10,969 bases of DNA from NCBI RefSeq assembly GCF_006345805.1, contig NW_021827138.1, positions 1-10,969 on the forward strand. The letters are read 5' to 3'. Below, piece after piece: positions 7,558-10,969 of the stretch (its first letter is position 1; each line of letters starts with the position of its first letter). Origin of the DNA: Octopus sinensis (lineage: Eukaryota). The notes under the pieces were generated by a model, which was given only the letters and a program-made list of their open reading frames with translations, did no database searches and had not been told where the DNA came from. The position numbers and the translations under genes were made by a program.

Positions 7558-8400
7558 CGCCGTCGTCGTCGTTGTTGTCATCATCATCATCATCATCACC
7601 ATCACCATCATCATCACCATCACCATCACCATCATCATCATCATCATCATCATCTCCTTTTCCTTCTCCTTCATCATCATCATCTTCTTCTCCGCCTCCT
7701 CCTCCTCCTCATTATCATCATCATCATAATTATCATCTTCTTCCTTTTCTTTCTTCTTCTTCTTCTTCTTCCTCTCCTTTTTCTTCCTTTCTTCTTCTTC
7801 TTCTTCTTTTTCTTCCTCTTCTTTTTCTTCCTTTTCTTTTTCTTCCTTTTTCTTCTTCTTCTTCTTCTTCACTATCATCATCATCGTCGTCATCATCATC
7901 AACTGCTTCGTCTTTTTCTTCATCGTCATCATCTTCTTCTACTTCTACTTCTACTTCTTCATCATCATCAGCAGCACTATCACCATCATCATCCTTTTCT
8001 TCATTTTCTTCTTTATCTTTTTCTTCTCATTCTCTTCATTCTCTACCTCTTCTTGTTCTGCTCCTTCCTTTCTTCTTTCCTCTTCCCCCCCCCTCTAACT
8101 CCTTGTTTTTCTTCTTCCTACTCCGGACTTCTCGTTTCTTCCTCAGTTGTCATCAGATATTCCTTCGTACCTTCCTTCCTTCCTTCTTTCCTTCTTTCCT
8201 TCCTTCCTTCATTCCTTCCTTCCATCCATCTAACCTCCCTTCTTTCCTTCCTCTATTTTCCGCCTCCTCCCACTACTCTTCTTCCTACTCACATTCTCCC
8301 CCTCTGGCACTCATTCTCCCTTTAATTTCCTTCCTTCTTCCTCACTCTTCTTCTTCGATTTCTTTCCCCTTTTCGTCATATCTTATTTCTCCTCCCACAG
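7558..8400. repeat. Compound (CAT)n/(CTT)n/(CCTT)n pyrimidine-rich low-complexity region
   Basis: Direct reading. It explains the 414-aa poly-Ser ORF. Confidence 0.92.
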
Positions 8401-8464
8401 TTACTCTTTCTTTCGTAGTTACGTATCCCTCCCACTCCCTATTTGACTCCAATCACTTCTTCCT

Positions 8465-8640
8465 TTCCCTCTCTTCATTAGTCTCTCTCTCTCTCTCTCA
8501 CACACAAACACACACACACACTCACACATATACACTAACACACACACAGGCGCGCAATCGCACACATACACACACACGCACACACTCGCACAAGCACACA
8601 CACTCACACATACACCTACACACGCTCTTTCATTTACACA
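8465..8640. repeat. (CT)n/(CA)n microsatellite
   Basis: Direct reading. Confidence 0.9.
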
Positions 8641-8861
8641 TTCGCACACCTGACACATCACGTCCTCCCACCTCACCATCATTAACATATATTGTTTTAC
8701 TAACATATGCTAATGACCTATGGGAGAGGCATGAGGGTCACCACGTTGACATCTTTTTCGGGTTTTTTTTTTTTGGTTTGGTTTTCTGTTTTACGATCGT
8801 GATAATACAAAGGTAGTCGTTTCTAGAATCATCATGACTCATCTCATAAGGACAGTTATAA

Positions 8862-9222
8862 CGGCGGTGGTGGTGATGATGATGATGATGATGATGAGGA
8901 TGATGATGATGATGAGGATATGATGATGATGATGATGATGATGATAATGATGATGATATGATGATAATAATGATGATGATGATGATGACGACGACGCTGA
9001 TGACAATGATGATGGTGGGGTGGCATGGGTGTTAGAAGAGGTAGGGACGGTGATGATGATGATGATGACAATGACGATGACAACGACGACGATAATAACG
9101 ACGACGATGATGATGATGATGATGATGATGATGTTGATGATGGCGATAGTGGTGTTGGTGGTGCTGATAGTGATGATGATGATGATGATATTGATGATAT
9201 TGACGATGATGATAGTAGCAGC
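8862..9222. repeat. Degenerate (GAT)n array
   Basis: Direct reading. It explains the poly-D and poly-M ORFs. Confidence 0.93.
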
Positions 9223-9292
9223 AGTGTTGTGAACAGAGACACCCGTAGTCGAACTGACATACTACATATGAACACATTCATACATACACATA

Positions 9293-9372
9293 CACGCACG
9301 CGCACACACTCACGCACGCGCACACACTCACGCACGCGCACACACTCACGCACGCGCACACACTCACGCACG
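9293..9372. repeat. 18-bp minisatellite CACGCACGCGCACACACT, four perfect units plus a partial unit
   Basis: Units start at 9293, 9311, 9329 and 9347; the partial unit starts at 9365. Confidence 0.95.
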
Positions 9373-9424
9373 CACGTATAAACATGTATGTGTGCATGTG
9401 TATATTCAGATGCATCAGTATACC

Positions 9425-9430
9425 AAGTAT

Positions 9431-9461
<31 letters not shown>

Positions 9462-9525
9462 CACGCATACCCGCAAACACATACACATATACATACATAT
9501 CATATGCACATACACATACATACTC

Positions 9526-9595
<70 letters not shown>

Positions 9596-9626
9596 TATAT
9601 ACCAAACATGCACATATAACATGTGT

Positions 9627-9664
<38 letters not shown>
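9425..9664. repeat. Compound (CA)/(TA)/(TG) microsatellite
   Basis: Direct reading. Confidence 0.93.
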
Positions 9665-9665
<1 letters not shown>

Positions 9666-9971
9666 TTGCGTATATGGAAATGACTGGAAATATTATTTGA
9701 TCATTTTAGCGTTCCGCCATTTAACATCATCGAACGGATATTGAGAATGGCTAACATTTACAGCGAATGTATACCCATCATATCTTAGCAAACGGAAACA
9801 TAATTGAAAAAATGGCTACCGGAGAACTTCCAATTATGAATCTGACACTTCTGGGACGTAGTTTTGTCGTTTAGTCGTTAGTTTGCAACCGCTCTGTTTG
9901 ACCCTTTTAAAATCAAACAAACAAACTGCTACCGTCTGCCATTGAAATAATGTCGTCTGCTATTCAATGAA

Positions 9972-10060
9972 ATGAAAACGATAAGGAAAATAATTAGGGA
10001 GACATCAAACATCGATGTAAATCCGCTGTTTTATCGTACGACCGTAAGTAAAGGGTGAGT
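9972..10060 (+). other. Candidate small exon ending at tandem 5' splice donors
   Basis: ATG at 9972 is open for 24 codons (MKTIRKIIRETSNIDVNPLFYRTT) to ACC|GTAAGT (10044-10049). A second donor, AGG|GTGAGT, is at 10055-10060. No homology recognised. Confidence 0.2.
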
Positions 10061-10101
10061 TGGAATAGATATTATTACTATTAATACAACTATTATTAAT
10101 G

Positions 10102-10130
10102 TTATTATTATTATTATTATTATTATCATT
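10102..10130. repeat. (TTA)n tract upstream of a SINE
   Basis: Direct reading. Confidence 0.93.
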
Positions 10131-10338
10131 AAGGTGGCGAGCTGGTAGAACCGTTAACACGCCGGACAAAATGCTTAGCGGCATTTCGTTCGTCTTTACG
10201 CTCTGAGTTCAAACTCCGCCGAGATCGACTTCACCCTTTCGGAGGTCGATAAAATGAGAACCAGTTGAACACATCGGGTCTATATAATCGACTTAACCCT
10301 CCCCCTAAATTACTAGCCTAATGCCAAAATTTGAAACC
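10131..10338 (+). mobile_element. Full-length tRNA-derived SINE (Meta-like core, tail type 1)
   Basis: Head AAGGTGGCGAGCTGGTAGAACCG, B box GAGTTCAAACTCC at 10205-10217, core ...CCTTTCGGAGGTCGATAAAATGAGAACCAG, and tail ...gccaaaatttgaaacc followed by (ATT)3. Confidence 0.88.
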
Positions 10339-10345
10339 ATTATTA

Positions 10346-10369
10346 TTCTGCCAAGTCGCCACCATCCTT
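10346..10369 (-). mobile_element. Remnant of a SINE 5' head in inverted orientation
   Basis: The reverse complement aaggatggtggcgacttggcagaa compares with aaggtggcgagctggtagaa at 10131. Confidence 0.6.
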
Positions 10370-10439
10370 ATAATAATAATAATAATAATATAATAATAAT
10401 AATAATAATAATAATAAAATAATAATAATACTAATAATA

Positions 10440-10483
<44 letters not shown>

Positions 10484-10573
10484 AATAATAATAATAATAA
10501 TTAATAATAATAATAATAATAATGAAAATAATAATATGTATAATAATAATAATAATAATAATATAAAATAATA

Positions 10574-10609
<36 letters not shown>

Positions 10610-10617
10610 TAATTAAA
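10370..10617. repeat. Long compound (TAA)n/(GAT)n array
   Basis: Direct reading. Confidence 0.95.
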
Positions 10618-10747
10618 ACACATCCTACGCAGACCACTTTCCATACAATAACCATCAGAGCATCACAACAAATCACAGCACATACCCAAGGCACCAGAGC
10701 TGCGCTCGGTAATGAAGTGAAAGCACGCTATAAAAATAAAACTACTG
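10618..10747 (+). mobile_element. 130-bp 3' end of R4/Dong subfamily B
   Basis: Near-identical to 4928-5055 (I count 2 substitutions and 3 small indels). It encodes HILRRPLSIQ* plus the 3' UTR and ends actactg|AAT. Confidence 0.92.
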
Positions 10748-10768
10748 AATAATAATAATAATAATAAT
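10748..10768. repeat. (AAT)7 spacer between two LINE pieces
   Basis: Direct reading. Confidence 0.95.
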
Positions 10769-10770
10769 AT

Positions 10771-10969
10771 GTTTTGTCCGTAGGAGATCATGGAGAACCA
10801 CGTTGACTTTGAACAGTGACAATGAATCTCTTAATGCTGGAGATGTAAGAATTTCATGTGGCATTTTCCATGGTGACTCTCTATCACCGCTCCTCTTTTG
10901 TCTAGCCTTAATACCTCTCTCAAAATTGCTCAATGATGCACAGTACGGTTATAAAATGTTTGATAAAAA
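10771..10969 (+). mobile_element. 5'-truncated non-LTR retrotransposon reverse transcriptase fragment (R4/Dong-like), running off the window end
   Basis: The frame starting at 10773 reads FVRRRSWRTTLTLNSDNESLNAGDVRISCGIFHGDSLSPLLFCLALIPLSKLLNDAQYGYKMFDK. GIFHGDSLSP (10860-10889) is the RT QGDxLSP motif with Q changed to H. Confidence 0.88.

Noticed and set aside
8120-8160. Minus-strand CUGAUGA...GAAAC-gagaa-GUC, a hammerhead type I-like spacing
   Set aside because: Neither stem I nor stem II can pair, and it lies in low-complexity purine-rich sequence.
7572-8816. 414-aa Ser-rich ORF, and the overlapping Lys/Glu-rich minus-strand ORF
   Set aside because: It is a pyrimidine-rich microsatellite that cannot form stop codons, with a non-ATG start and no recognisable motif.
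9293-9372. Regular 18-bp repeats as a CRISPR-like array
   Set aside because: There are no unique spacers, the context is eukaryotic, and it is a simple minisatellite built from CA/CG dinucleotides.
8856-9744. Poly-Asp, poly-Met, RVREC and YIYI ORFs
   Set aside because: All are explained by (GAT)n, the 18-mer minisatellite and dinucleotide repeats.

Overview
This is a eukaryotic, non-coding, repeat-saturated window. The SINE families and microsatellite load look like an octopus (coleoid cephalopod) genome; that is recalled from memory, not a database result. No intact host gene is supportable, and nearly all ORFs in the supplied track are translations of microsatellites. Contents: (1) four pieces of restriction-like-endonuclease (RLE) non-LTR retrotransposons of the R4/Dong type, from at least two subfamilies, on the + strand and stacked in (TAA)n tracts; (2) a 335-bp non-coding element also inserted in (TAA)n, with the same junction phase; (3) a piggyBac-type MITE nested in one LINE fragment; (4) about eight copies or fragments of tRNA-derived SINEs with swappable 3' tails; (5) a few unique islands with promoter-like motifs, a 61-nt hairpin and splice-donor motifs. 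The most unusual signal is at 846-927 (+). All hammerhead ribozyme core motifs (AUC, GAAA, CUGAAGA) are present with stems I and III in exact register, but the three strands are in a non-circularly permuted order, and stem II is ambiguous.
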